From NCBI GenBank assembly GCA_016748015.1, contig JAAOMT010000618.1:3301-67300 (forward strand): 64,000 bases of DNA, given 5' to 3'. The stretch is from Geosiphon pyriformis uo1. Its lineage: Eukaryota; Fungi; Glomeromycota. A model generated the notes under the pieces. It worked only from the letters and a program-made list of their open reading frames with translations. It was not told the origin of the DNA and ran no database searches. A program made the position numbers and the translations under genes. Positions 41,200 through 54,249 of this stretch are shown here, piece by piece. The stretch's first letter is position 1. Every line of letters begins with the position of its first letter.

Positions 41200-41640
41200 A
41201 AATGGTTCAGCAATAATAATGAAGGTATCATGCCAGAACACACACATGATACTGATGCCAGATTTGATTTGAGATATTCAGGAAAAGATGTTATTGAATT
41301 GGAACCACATTTGCACACTTGCATAGATCTCAAAATAGCCTTGGAAATTCCAGCAACAACAATGGTTCAACTAGCTTTGAGGAGTAGTTTAGTGAAAAAA
41401 GGGATAAACATCAGAGGAGGAATAATTAATATAGGATATGTAAGAAATATTATTATCATGCTACAAAATGACTCAGAAAAGACCTATATTATAGAGCCAA
41501 ATGAAAAGATAGCACAGGCAATATTCCTGCCTCTGGTTAAAATAGCTCAGTTAGTATCAGTGGGAAATAGGGAAGAATTAGGGATAACAGCAAGAGGGAT
41601 ACAGAGATTTGGATCAATGGGTAGAATAGATGTACCAGTC
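41200..41640 (+). pseudogene. dut: dUTPase domain of element B
   Basis: PEHTHDTDARFDL, QLALRSSLVKKG, GGIINIGYVRNI, EKIAQAIF, RGIQRFGSMG. Confidence 0.88.
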
Positions 41641-43517
41641 AATATGGTGAAGAAAGAAATTATTGGCCAAGGAGAAATTATTTCAACTGGTCAAACAATT
41701 TCTATTCTACCATATAGCTAATACATGTTAACAATAGAAAAGAGAGAGAAGGAGCAAGAACAGATTTTTGAAGCAGAAGCAACTCTTTGTAAATCAGGAG
41801 AAATTGGACTTATCAATCTACACATACCAGCCAAGAGCCATAACCATATCAAAATTTCCATCTACAACAACACTGAAAATGTTGTAGAGATACCAGAAGA
41901 AACCACTCTTGGATATTTAATCATGGAAATTGAAGATCAAGCACCAAGCAGCATTCCAGATTTTCTACAGCTTTGTGAATATGTGGACATTACATCACAA
42001 ACCATCTACAGACAAAATGAATGTTATCTGTTACAGCCAGAACAATTGGAACAGATGAACATAGGAAACTTAAACCCACTTCAATGTATGCAGCTTAAGA
42101 TGTTGCTTAATAATTTCAATGATATCTTTGCCAGCAAAAACAAATTTGGCAGAACTGACATCATCCAACACCAGATCAAAACTGGAAATGCAATGCCAAT
42201 TAAACAAAGAGCATACAGGGTACCACCAGCCAGCCATGAAATTATCCATTAAGAGATCAACCGAATGCTTAACAATGGATTAATTCAGCTATCAATGAGC
42301 TTATAGTTGTCACCAGTAGTACTCATCTGTAAGAAAAATAGAAAAATCTGATTTTGTGTAGACTACAGAAAACTCAATGGTGTAACTCATGGTAACAGCT
42401 ATCCAACTCCACAGATACAAAAACTATTCAATACTTTCGGTAAAAACAAATGGTTTTTAACATTAGACTTGAATAGTGGTTACTGGCAAATAGCCATAGA
42501 TCCAGCCAACAAAGAAAAAATGGCATTCACCACAAGAGAGGAAAACTTTGAGTTTAAAGTTATGCTATTTGGCTTAACCAACACTCTAGCTACATTCCAA
42601 TGGCTAATGGAAATTGTGTACACTGGCTTATTGTGGAAATCAGTAGTTGTATACTTGAATAACACTAATGTGTTCTCAAAAACATTCAATGATTATCTAC
42701 ATCATTTCCAATAAGTGTTCAAAAGACTACAACAAGCAGAATTAAAATTGAATACAACAAAATGTTTTTTTGGCAAAACAGAACTAAAATTCTTGGGACA
42801 TATAATTAGCAAAGACGGCATAAAAACAGATTCAAAGAAAATAGAGATAGTAAAGAACTTTCCAATACCAATCAATGTAACCGAACTGAAATCATTCTTG
42901 GAATTTGCTAGCTATTATCGACACTTTATTAAGAACTTTTCAAAGATAGCTCAGCCACTCAATTATCTCCAAACCAAGAATGTGAAATATAAATGGACCA
43001 AAACTCAACAAAAAGCTTTTGACACCCTAAGAAAAAAGCTCATTCAAGCTCTAATACTAATATATTCAGATCATAATAAACCATTCATCATTACTACTGA
43101 TGCATCAGATCAAGCATTGGGAGCAGTACTATCTTAGAGAGAATTGGATAGAAGAGAACATCCAGTTGCAAATGCCAGCCAAGGTTTGACTCCAGCTGAA
43201 AAGAACTATAAAACACCAGAATTAAAATATCTAGCAATCTATTGGGCAATTATGAAATGAAAAAAATACTTGAGCCAAAAGTTTGAGGTGTACACAGATC
43301 ACAAAGGATTGAAATTACTCCAAAAACAAGAATTTGGAAATGGAAGACAGTCAAAATAGAAAATAACACTTGTGCCATATACTTATACTATACATTATAA
43401 AAAGGGAAAAGACAACAGAAATGTCAATGGTTTGTCACAAATGAGACAAATCTAAGAACATTTTAAACCCAAAAATATAACAAAACCAAAACAATACTCA
43501 CAAAAATATAACAAAAA

Positions 43518-44900
43518 ATGAACACACAAAAATATCAACAACTTCAACATTATATAGATACTTAACAGTTTAAAGAGAAATTATCTCAATCAGAACAAAA
43601 GAAGATCAAACAACAATCCAAATATTTTATTACTCACTAAAATATACTTTATCAGAAAAATAGAAAAGATTCAGATCAACCAACCAGAGTAATTACAGAA
43701 CCAGAAAAAGAGACAATACTGTTCAACATATACTCAGATCCAGCTACAGGACATTTTCATAAAGAAGCAACCATAGAAAGAACCAGAAAGAGATAATATT
43801 GGCCATTAATATATCCAGATATCATTTAATATGTGCAAAATTGTGATGTTTGTCAAAGAAAAGAAGGAACAAGACCCAGCAAACCATTGAGACCAATCAA
43901 AGTGGAACAACCATTTGACTGTATTGGAATCGATTTAGTCAGACCATTGACAATTACCAGCAGAAAAACAGATATATTGCAGTAGCTATGGACTATCTTA
44001 CTAAATGGCCAGAAGCCAAAGCAATTCAAAGAGCGAATGCAGAATCTATTGCCGAATTCATTCATCAAGATCTGATTTGTCAACATGGATGTCCAAAAGA
44101 ACTATTATTAGACCAAGGAACCCATTTTGTGAATAGAACATTAGCAAAACTAAGCTAAAGATTCGGAATTAAGAGACCATTATCATTACTATACCATCCA
44201 CAAACCAATGGATTAGTTGAATAATTTAATAGAACATTGTGTGAAGCAATAGTGAAACTCAGCCAAGAAAACCAGAATGAATGAGATTTGTTTATACTAT
44301 TAGTATTATTTGCTTATCAGACAATAAAGCAAGACACCACACAAGCAACACCATTTGAATTGATATATAGTAGAACAACAACATTACCAGTTGAGATAGA
44401 GGTTAACACATATCCAACTGAACCAATAACAGAAGAAAATTTCCAAGAAACATTGTTAAGAAGAACATATGACTTAATAGAAACATTGGAAAACAAACGA
44501 AAAAGAGCAGCTGATAATATACAAAAGTCACAAGAGAAACAGAAAGAAAGACATAATAATCAACTACCAGACAAACCAGTTGAATTCAAGATTGGAGACA
44601 AAGTACTCTTACATCATACCAAAGCGGAAAAACAATGGAGTGGAAAATTTGACTCCAAATAGGATGGACTATTTCACATAGAAGAAATTCTAGGGAATGA
44701 AGCTTACAAATTAAGACTGGATAACAAAATCTTAACCAAAGCAGTACATGGAGATTGACTGAAACCATACCACAACATTACACCACCATCCACCAGTAAT
44801 ATTCCACAATTAAGAGTACAGAAGATACTAGTCCAACCAGAGAAGATTCCATGAGATCTAGAACCAATCATTATCATTGACAACAACATGTTAAATTAAT
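43518..44900 (+). pseudogene. element B integrase (own ATG at 43518)
   Basis: MNTQKYQQLQHYI..., GHF...CDVCQ, MDYLTKWPEA, DQGTHF, YHPQTNGLVE, GPF/Y-like motif, ending EPIIIIDNNMLN*. Confidence 0.88.
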
Positions 44901-44953
44901 CCATCAAAAGAATATATAAAGACATGATAGATCCGACAAAAAATATCAGAAAA

Positions 44954-45530
44954 ATGGAAATTACAGACAACATCCACTCACTAGCACAACAACTCTTTCA
45001 ATTGATTCAACACCAAGAGATAGAAATTACAATTAATTAACAAACCATTCGATATCAAGACACTAAAAAGACATCACCACATAGAACACAGAAGAAAACA
45101 GAAAATACCATTGACAAAATCATTGCAAAAGTAAAATTAGCAATAAAAGAGTCGACAAAAGAGTCACTATACCAAGAGTTGACTAAAGAAACTTGAAATT
45201 GATGGATACAACAATTTCCAAGAAACTATTGTTATTTTTACTTGGGACAACATGTGAATATCCAGAATCTATATATAGATAAAACAAAGTGATTATTCAA
45301 CACCAGAATACTACAACAATTAGAACATTTTGTGGGAAAAAACAACTTATCCACACAGGCCCAAGCCATATACCGAATACACACAGCATTTCAAGATCAA
45401 CCAGAAATCTTACTTAACAAAGCAATGGACACGGTTATCAGTAATTAATTAGGAAAGATTACCAATGCTCAATTTGAAGAATTACAGACTCAAATAACAC
45501 AAGTAATTTTTGAAAATGAAATTCAGGAAA
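44954..45530 (+). pseudogene. element B ORF3
   Basis: MEITDNIHSLAQQLFQLI...YCYFYLGQH...AIYRIHTAF...LGKITNAQFEEL aligns by eye with D ORF3. Confidence 0.7.
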
Positions 45531-46368
45531 TATAGGGAATATATATTAGCATAATTATTAGCCAATTAGAAGTAGACATAGTAAAATGTGAAATTCCAGG
45601 ATTCCTCTTACAAATTGTAGGATTCCAGAAATTACAAGATTCTCACAAGAAATTGCAGGATTCCAGAATTCCAGGATTCTTCTCAAAAGAATTGCAGGAT
45701 TCCTGTTGTAAAAAATTAAGGAATTAAGAAATCTCAATTATGTATATATAATAGTAGAATTAGAAGCTAAAAAGACAAATCTCTTAGTTTAGATTTCATC
45801 TAAACAACTTTCCAAACCACAAATAAATAACTGTTTGTTATCTCAAACCTGCTGTCATTATCAACACTTCATGTTGATAGTAATTGATACTTAACTACAC
45901 TGGAACAATAGCTCTTAATCATGGCTATTGACGGAATACTAATTTGCAAATTGCCTTGGCTTATTTCTTTTCTTTTTTTATTTCTTTTCTTTTCTTTATT
46001 TCTTGCTTTGATTTTATTGTTGTTTACTAACTTTATTGAGGATTAATGCGTGGGGTACTGACATCAGGATAAACATGACTGGTAAAAGACCCAGAAATAA
46101 GAGTAGAACACTCGATTAAGGATAGCTTATCAGGAGGAATACCAGCCATCAAGCTGAGAAAGAAATTGACAAAACTGCAGTTTCAGAAAGCTACAGATAA
46201 AACTATTACCATTGAATCTCTATCTATTATACAAAAAACTCAACCAAACTTTTTGGATACAAATCTGTTAGACACAAACCTTCAGATCACTATCAACTGC
46301 AACTAGATTTGAGCACCAAGTTACAGGTTTGTTATCTAATTCAACACCAGAAATAGTCACCTGTAACA
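45527..46368 (+). repeat. 3' LTR of element B (first ~11 bp and PPT missing)
   Basis: Matches 21705-22538. Confidence 0.9.
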
Positions 46369-49300
46369 CTGTATTTAAACATTTTATTAAAAGTGATTTT
46401 ACCTCAAGCAGTATTCTTAGTTTAAAGATTAATAAGCTTATAATTTATTCGGATTCTTTAGCAAGGTTGTTGATAAGTTGAAAAAAGAAGTAGTTTTGAA
46501 AAAAAGTACTACATAGATAATATTGATATGTCTGGTAATTTGGAGTATTAAATTGGTGTAAATAATAATATGTTTTCTAACTTAATGTCTCTTTAGACTT
46601 ATAAGCCTATTAATATTAAAACTAATCCTTTAAAAACAGCTGAATAGCTGGTTGGATTGGTTTCTTGTAATATTACTTTATTTAATGTTATTTAAAAAAT
46701 ATCATCTTTGGATAAGTTTTCTTCTGTTGTATTAATTTAGCATAGTCTAAATTGGCTTAAGTAGCTGGTTACATATAAAAAATACATAAACTAAATTTAG
46801 TACTGAAATACTTAATTTGTTTCTAATTTCTAGATAGTAATTGAGTTTTGCTTATTAAATCTAATAATAATAATAAAATAAAGAATTTTAGTTCTAATAA
46901 AGGAAGCATAATAAAGAGTCTTTTAGAACAATCTTATTGCAAAATTGTTTTGAATTATTTGGTAGTTGAAAAGGAGTTAATTTTGAAACCAGATAAAATA
47001 AAGCTTGAGATGAATAATATTATAATAAAATAGACAAGAAAGCAGAAAGTGTTTTTAGTTTTGTCTGATTTGTGGTTTTATTAATATGTATTTTTAACCC
47101 ATATAAAAGTTAAAGTCTTTTTTGATGTAATAAACAATATCAACATAAAAAAATTAGGTCAAGTAATTAGTGGACTGCTTAATAACAAATCTGCTAAGTT
47201 TTTTAACATATTAAATAAATTTTGAAACATTGTGATAAAAAAGTAGTGAAATGTCTTTTGGATTTATTAAACTATTGTTTGGCTTTTAACAATATTTTAG
47301 CTCCTTAAAAAAAAACATAAGTTTTAATAATTCTTAAGTTTTATAAGTAAGATAACATTTTTATTAATATATAACTTATTGAATTAATTAAAACAACTAA
47401 GAAAATTTTGTCCAAAATTCTGTTAAATCAAATTTTTTTTATTTGTAATAAATTTAATATTCTTAGTGATAATAATTTCTTGGTTTTGAAAAGTATATTA
47501 ACTTAGTTTTTAGTATTTATTATTAGTTTAATAGTAAAGAATACTTTAAAGAAGAGCTAAAAAATTTGATTTGTTTTACAAAATATATATAAAGCTTATG
47601 ATTTGATTAGATAGCATTATTTAAAGACTAATTTAAGACATATTAAAATATATAACAAATTTATTAAATTTTTTAATAATATATATATGGACAGAATTAA
47701 CAAGATAATACAAATTTTGCTTTTTTAAATAATTATAGAATACATAATAAATTGAATTAAGATAAAGTATTTTTACTGTTTCTTTAAAAAAATTTTTATG
47801 ATTTTTTATAAATTAAAAAGCATAAGTATTTATATAGATATAAGATTAATACAAATTTTGTAATGAAAACAAACAAAATAAAAATTAGTAAGAACAAATT
47901 TTTATTTTTTGTAGTTAGTGCTTTTGTTGATAATATAATTTAGATAAAAAATGCTTAAGTTTTTATACAATACATTTTAGATATTGTTAGTAAATTTTTT
48001 AAAATTAATAATATTTATATCAACAATAACAAGACAGTAACAATTTTTATTAACCAAAGAGTTATAAAAGCTTCTTTGTATATTAGTAATTAACCAATTT
48101 TTATTGTTAAATATAGCAAATTATATAGATATCTTGGAATTTTTTGTTGATAAAAGACATATCTAAGCCAAGTTTTACTAAAGTATATTTAGATATTAAG
48201 TTTTTTTCAAATATAGTTCTTAGAAAAACATTATTAAATAAACAGTTTTTTTATTTAGTTTTAATAATTTGCAGCTTATTGTTAATTATTAAACATAATT
48301 TAACTTTATATCTAAAAGTATATATTAAAAGTAAGATATTATGTTAAGAAAAGAGCTTAAATTTAAAGCCAATTTGCCAAAGAATTTTCTTAACAAAACT
48401 TTGTATTACTTATCTTTGTATAGTTTAATGTCTTTTAAATAAGTATAAGCAAACCAAAATAGCTTTAGTAATTGATTTTTTTAATGCTATAGAGGTTTTT
48501 GGCTAGTTATTTGAATATTGTTTTTTGAATTTGCAAATTTTGAATTAGACATCTATAAATTTACTATAGTACTTAATCAAATTAAGAATCAGCTTAATAA
48601 ATAATTTTTTAATAAGAGTTGTGAAAATTTTTTTTGACAACAAAATTTCTTTAGCCAATAATTTGCTTAATGTGTTTAATAGTTCTGGTCGTTTTTTGAT
48701 GTTTAAAATATTGGAAAATTTCTATTATTTTTATATGGTTTGTTTTTTGAAGACAGTTTGCTAAATAAACATAGATTAATTATAAATTAAAAAACTTTTC
48801 AGTATTAAAAAAAATTAAGTTCAAAGAGTTTAATACTGTTGTAATTTAAGAAAGCTTTGGTTTATATAAGTAATATTACTGTTAAAACTGATGTAATTGC
48901 TATCAATTTTGGCTGTTTATATTTTTTTTGTTTAAGAAAATTTTCATATATTTATGAATATTTGCATGAGTTGTGGGCTGGAATAATTGGTATTTATATT
49001 AATAGTTTGTTAAAAACTTGGGCAATACAAAAATGATTAATAAGACAGTAGTTTATTTTTTTAATATTGAAATAAACATAAATGTTAAAGTATATAAAAT
49101 GTTGTTTTTAATAATGTTAAAACTACAAACAATTGTCTTAATATTAGAGTACATTTTCTTTTTTTATTTAGTAATTCTGTATACAAATAGCCAGGCTGTT
49201 ATAGATATATATGTATTAAAGCTTGGACTTTTTTGGTCTGATCTTTAAAACAAATATTAGATAAAAAAACATTATGTAGCTAATTTAATTAGATCAAAAA

Positions 49301-50390
49301 ACATTTTTGTAAAGTAAGTTAAAATAAAAGACCATTTAAGAAACACTAGTAATAATTAGATAAATGTTTTTATTTGTATTGCAGCACAGTCCTGTTTGGA
49401 TTTTTCTGTTAGAATTTATAAAAAATTTTTAATAGTAGATGATCAGATTATGTTAAACAATACTTATTATTTTGTTTATAATATTTATTATACTGTTTGT
49501 TGTATTCAATAAAAAGCAAATTCTAGTGCAAAAATTTTAGATGGCTTGGTTATTTAAATTATAGACTAAAGTTGTATTGTTTTAGTTAGATATTTAATTT
49601 TTTACATATTGATTAAATTCATCAGTAAAACTTTAACTGTTTTATACACATATTTAATAAAAACTGTTTATAAAAAATTATTAATTGCCATTTATAAAAA
49701 ACTTTATAACAAAAATTATTCAGATGTTTGTATTCTTAATATATAATAATGTTAAATTGTTTGATTATATTTTTATTTATTTAAAAAATGTCTCTGTGTA
49801 TTCTAAAATTTTTTTTGGTTATATTAAATTATGAAATTTTTTAGTTATGGTTTGTTCTCTGTTATTATTATTAGTATTATGTATTTTTTTAAAAAAGCTT
49901 TAAATATTAGTGTTTATGCAGTTTTATATAAAGACTTTGTTTTTAATAAATAAGTCAAAGAGACATTATTAATATTTGATAATAAGAAAAAAATTATATT
50001 AATAGTAGTTAATTTTGTTTGTTATTTGGTTAATAAATATTATAGTAAATTGTGATTATTTAGATCAAAATTCAAAATTAACATAAAAAAAGCAATCTAG
50101 TTAGTAATATAGATATAGTGTTTAATTTTTTATATAATTTATCTAATTTTTTGTTTATAAGAATAATTTATTTGCTTGGTATTATTAAATTTTTTGCTTT
50201 TAATTTTGGGTTGTATAAAACATGTTTGTTTTTTTAAGTGTAAACAATAGTGCAAAAGTTTTTATAAATAAATAGTATTATCTTAATTGGCCCAAATAGT
50301 TGATCATATATACAAAATATATAAGCTGTATTTAGTTAGAATTACTTAGTTTGTTTTTGTATATATTTTTTTTTATTAATTAATAAGTGC
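46369..50390 (+). mobile_element. degenerate LINE, end of ORF1 + RT/RNaseH ORF2 remnant and 3' UTR (continuation of 20618-21693)
   Basis: Collinear with the better-preserved minus LINE (NNKTVTIFINQ..., YRYLGIFL..., RNaseH region). Extremely AT-shifted. The endonuclease region appears deleted. Confidence 0.8.
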
Positions 50391-53120
50391 AGTCTAACCA
50401 CTAATTAGCATACAAAGATAAAACAAAATATCCCAAACTAAATGTGGCTCATGTACTTACTACACGTGACTGACCACTCAGGGCCATCAAGACAACACTA
50501 CACACTCACCAGAATCCTATTACTATTATTCAAACCAAAAAAGAACAAACAACATCTACGCGAACTGAAACTGACAGCAAAAGATTTCATTACATTTAGC
50601 ATGCGAACAACACTATTAGATAGCAGCCTAGGCAGACCACATAGCAGAGCAAAATTCCCATCATCATCGCAAAACAAACCAATTTTTTCCATACCAATCT
50701 TAAACTTAGATCTTAACAGTTACAGATGATTATGATGGTCACCTGTAAAATAGCAAACAAACTCAACGACTAGGCTTTTTTTCTGTTACCAAAAATGGAA
50801 ACAGCTTTACCAATCCAATCTTGAAAAACAAAACTCTTGTACAAAACAGCATATATATTGACATCCAAAGCATTTGCAAGTGTGTTTAGCATTGAGGACA
50901 AAGCAGGAAAATGAGACCCTACCAAAGATTTCTACAATCCAATGTAGTTGGCCATAACCTCCAATCATAAAAGTGAATTCATAGAACAAGTAAAAGCATA
51001 ATCAGAGAATTCGACGTTACCACACATCAGACACAAAACACTTAGATAACCAATGTCATATAATCTCTTATGGACAGCCACCAGCAATCTAGTGTGAACA
51101 GTCTTTATCAAATAAGTACACAGGACAGCTGACTTTTTATTAGTAAAACCCACCAGTATATGAGAATCTGGATGCCAAACAGAAGCAATATACTCCTAAT
51201 CAATGCAATAAAGAAATGAGCTGGCCAAGACACTCACACCAGAACCAGCTTTCCATAAGACATGGCACACAATTCTGCAAACATCATGAATAAAATGCCA
51301 AGCATTACCAAAAACCACTAGACCATCTGCCACAAAAAACCTATTATAAACTCCAACTAGAAGAAACAAGCTAGATCAAGATACAACATGGGCCATAGCA
51401 TTAGTCTGATTATTACCAAACACACCAAAATATTTCTTTACTTTAACCCATCTCACAGTAATGTTTTTTAATTTGATCAAATTAGCAATATAATATCATT
51501 TCACCCAGCATCTGTTGCAAAAATCTGGTCGATCCAACTCACATTCAGACATGTATACATCCAAAACTGCTTAACTATCAGAATGAATAACAACAAAACA
51601 GGATAATGGAACACATTTCAAAGCCACAGCAATTACTTGTAATTCTGCCAGCATAGAAAACAACAGACCTTGAACCCTAACACCAATACCCAAATCAATC
51701 TCAGAGAAATAAACAGCTGCTCCGCAAGCCACACCTAATATGTCCAGACCATTCAATGACCCATCAGTGAAAATATTCAACTTCCCTGTTTAGATTTCAT
51801 GTAGGTGCTCACAAACAACCAAGAAATCACTAGAACAAAAAAAACCAAAACCATCCAACACTTCATCATTGTTTAAATCTACTAGACTACCACACATGTG
51901 CACAGAAGCCCTACTAAACCAAACTGGCACTGGACCCTTAGGGCTCAACCTCTTCCAGCAACAAAAAGTCTTCCAATCCATGACTTGAACCCACTTAGTT
52001 AGCAAACAGTCACCAAAAGCAATACCAAAACGTTTCAACAAATAGACCATGTTAAAATAGCATAAAGCACTCAGAATCTCAGACATTGAAAAATGGCCAG
52101 GCTTACAAAATGCACTAAGTAATTTGTCAACCAAAAAAACACCCATATTCAAGAAAATCCTTACAACTCCAGCCAGAAAATTGTTCAGCGGACAAACTCT
52201 CAACTTTACTGGATGGTACAAGAGATTCAAAAGAGCCCAACCTAAAACTTGCAAGTCCAAAGTGTAGTGCTCAAACAGACAACTGAGAATCCCAGGTGCA
52301 TTGGAGAAATTAATCACTAAAGCAACCTTGGCTTCAGCTTGCACTTGCTCAAAAAGCTTCAAACCATATAGAGATAAATGGTACAATGTCTCAATAGAGA
52401 AATTCTTTGGCAAAAACACCTTAGCTCTAAGTTCTTTCCTGATCATAATATCCCATTTTTGACACACACTTTTAACAACAAAACTGAATTACATATGATA
52501 GCATATAATAAGCTGAAGAACTGCTGAAACCAGGTAAAAAAACTGCTTATCCAACACTGCCTTCCTAAGAACCAAATTAGAAAAGAACCTAACATCCACA
52601 TATGCCTTGGCAAGACTTGGTTTCGAAAAGCCTTCTGTAGACAAAAAAATACCAAGATATCTATGAGATTCACCTTTTTTCACAATAGAAATGAGTTGGC
52701 CACTGATATACAAGGAGGCATCTGTTATCCTCTGATTGATAAGAATTGCCACAGTTTTGTCATTGTTAATAGAAATATTATTTATATTAAAAAATTCACT
52801 TGCAATATTTAAAATGTACTGTGTCAAGATTTGGCCATTACCAATTCAGATTGTATTATCAACAAAAACACCTGCAGCAAAAAAGGATGACATGCCACCA
52901 CTAGATTCTATCTTGCCAGACTTTGCCACAAAATTTGAATTGATCCTATAGCTACACAAATGTTCTTGTCTTTTGATTTTGCACAACAGAGGATCATAAA
53001 AAATCCTCCAGAGAAGTGAAGAAAACACTTATCCTGATCCAAACCATTGTGAACAATGTAACCATTTAACAAACCAAAATTAGTCATAATTTTATTAATT
53101 CTATTCTCATGGATATTCCC
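50390..53120 (-). mobile_element. 5'-truncated LINE with RT, RNaseH and C-terminal Zn knuckle
   Basis: FSSLLWRIFYDPLL...AGVFVDNTI (RT), IFTDGSL...AELQVIAVAL...HSDS (RNaseH), CLMCGNVEFSDYAFTC. Confidence 0.88.
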
Positions 53121-54249
53121 AAATTATATATTAGATAGTAATTAAACTGTATTCATTAAATAAAATAAAATAAAATTACTTAATATTGCTTTTGTATTCA
53201 AAGTTCAAAATTTGTATATTTTAATTATAATATTTTATTATACTTATAAATTAAAAATATTTATTTTGTGTTAATTTAATATAAAAATTAAAACATTATG
53301 TTAATAATAATTTTTAATAAGATTAAAATAAATAAAATCTGTAAAATAATTTACAATATTAAAATTAAAATAATTTTTAATTTATAATATAATTTATAAT
53401 ATTAATAATTTTGGCCAAATAGTTTAATTTATTATTTTTGTAATTTTTGTAATTTTTAAACTATTTTTAATTGATAATATTGTTTTAATCTTTAATTGTT
53501 GTTATTAGTAATTATAATTTAATTTTTAATTAATAATACTGGTTTATATATTTATATTATAAGATTAAATTTAATTATAAAAAATTAATAATTATAATAA
53601 TAAAAAATTATATAATTTATTTTAGTTTATATTGTATATTTAATATAATATAATTAAATTATGCATTTATGTATTTAAAAAATAATATTATAAAACACAA
53701 AATTCTATAAAATTATTTTAAGTAATAAAAAATTTCAATTATAATTATAATTAATTCATTTTTGGTTTTTAAAATTTTGTATAATATTAAAAATACCAAC
53801 TTAATTTATATAAATATTTATAAAAATTTTGTTTTTAAAAATTAGTTTGTTAAATTTTTAAAATTTTTTAATAATTCCAATATTACAAATACCAAATTAA
53901 TTAATTTTTGTTTAAAGTTTGATTGTTTAATACCAAAAAAATTTATGTGCCAAATATTAATTGTTAAATATTAAATTAAAGATAGAATATAAAAAAAAGT
54001 TTTATTAAAGCTAATAGTTTTCTGTTTATTGTGATTAAAAGTTTGGTATTTGCTGTTAATAAAAAAAAATTGTATAAATTGAGTATTTTTAAGAATTATG
54101 TAATGTATTTTAGTTTTAAATTAAGCTGTTTATTTTTTTTTAATATTAATTATAATATTTTTATAATATTAAGTATATAGATTGTCTTAATTAGCCAAAT
54201 GGCTGATTATGTATTAAAATTACATAAGCCATATTTATTTTAAAACATA
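53121..54249. other. extremely AT-rich decayed TE sequence ending in a LINE 3' remnant that is split by the pogo element
   Basis: Almost no G/C. 53950-54249 resembles the LINE end at 50050-50340 and appears to resume after 58522. Confidence 0.5.

Larger units (their letters stand above)
36677..43455 (+). pseudogene. element B gag (cont.)-PR-Cys-rich-dUTPase-RT-RNaseH
   Basis: Gag capsid remnant, knuckle CHNCGKQGYIRADC, PR LILDSGSAGS, RT core, RNaseH TTDASDQALGAVLS, stop at 43453-43455. Confidence 0.88.
21694..46368 (+). mobile_element. Ty3/Gypsy LTR retrotransposon B (dUTPase-encoding), host to nested C, D and solo LTR E
   Basis: LTRs 21694-22538 and ~45527-46368, PBS TGGTGCTCTCTGTAAG at 22541. 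Gag is continuous across the 23035/36677 and 38147/39136 junctions. TSD TTGT/CTGT. Confidence 0.92.

Noticed and set aside
53121-53950. Centromere or origin-like AT island
   Set aside because: Explained adequately by terminal C>T decay of old TE sequence. No independent evidence.
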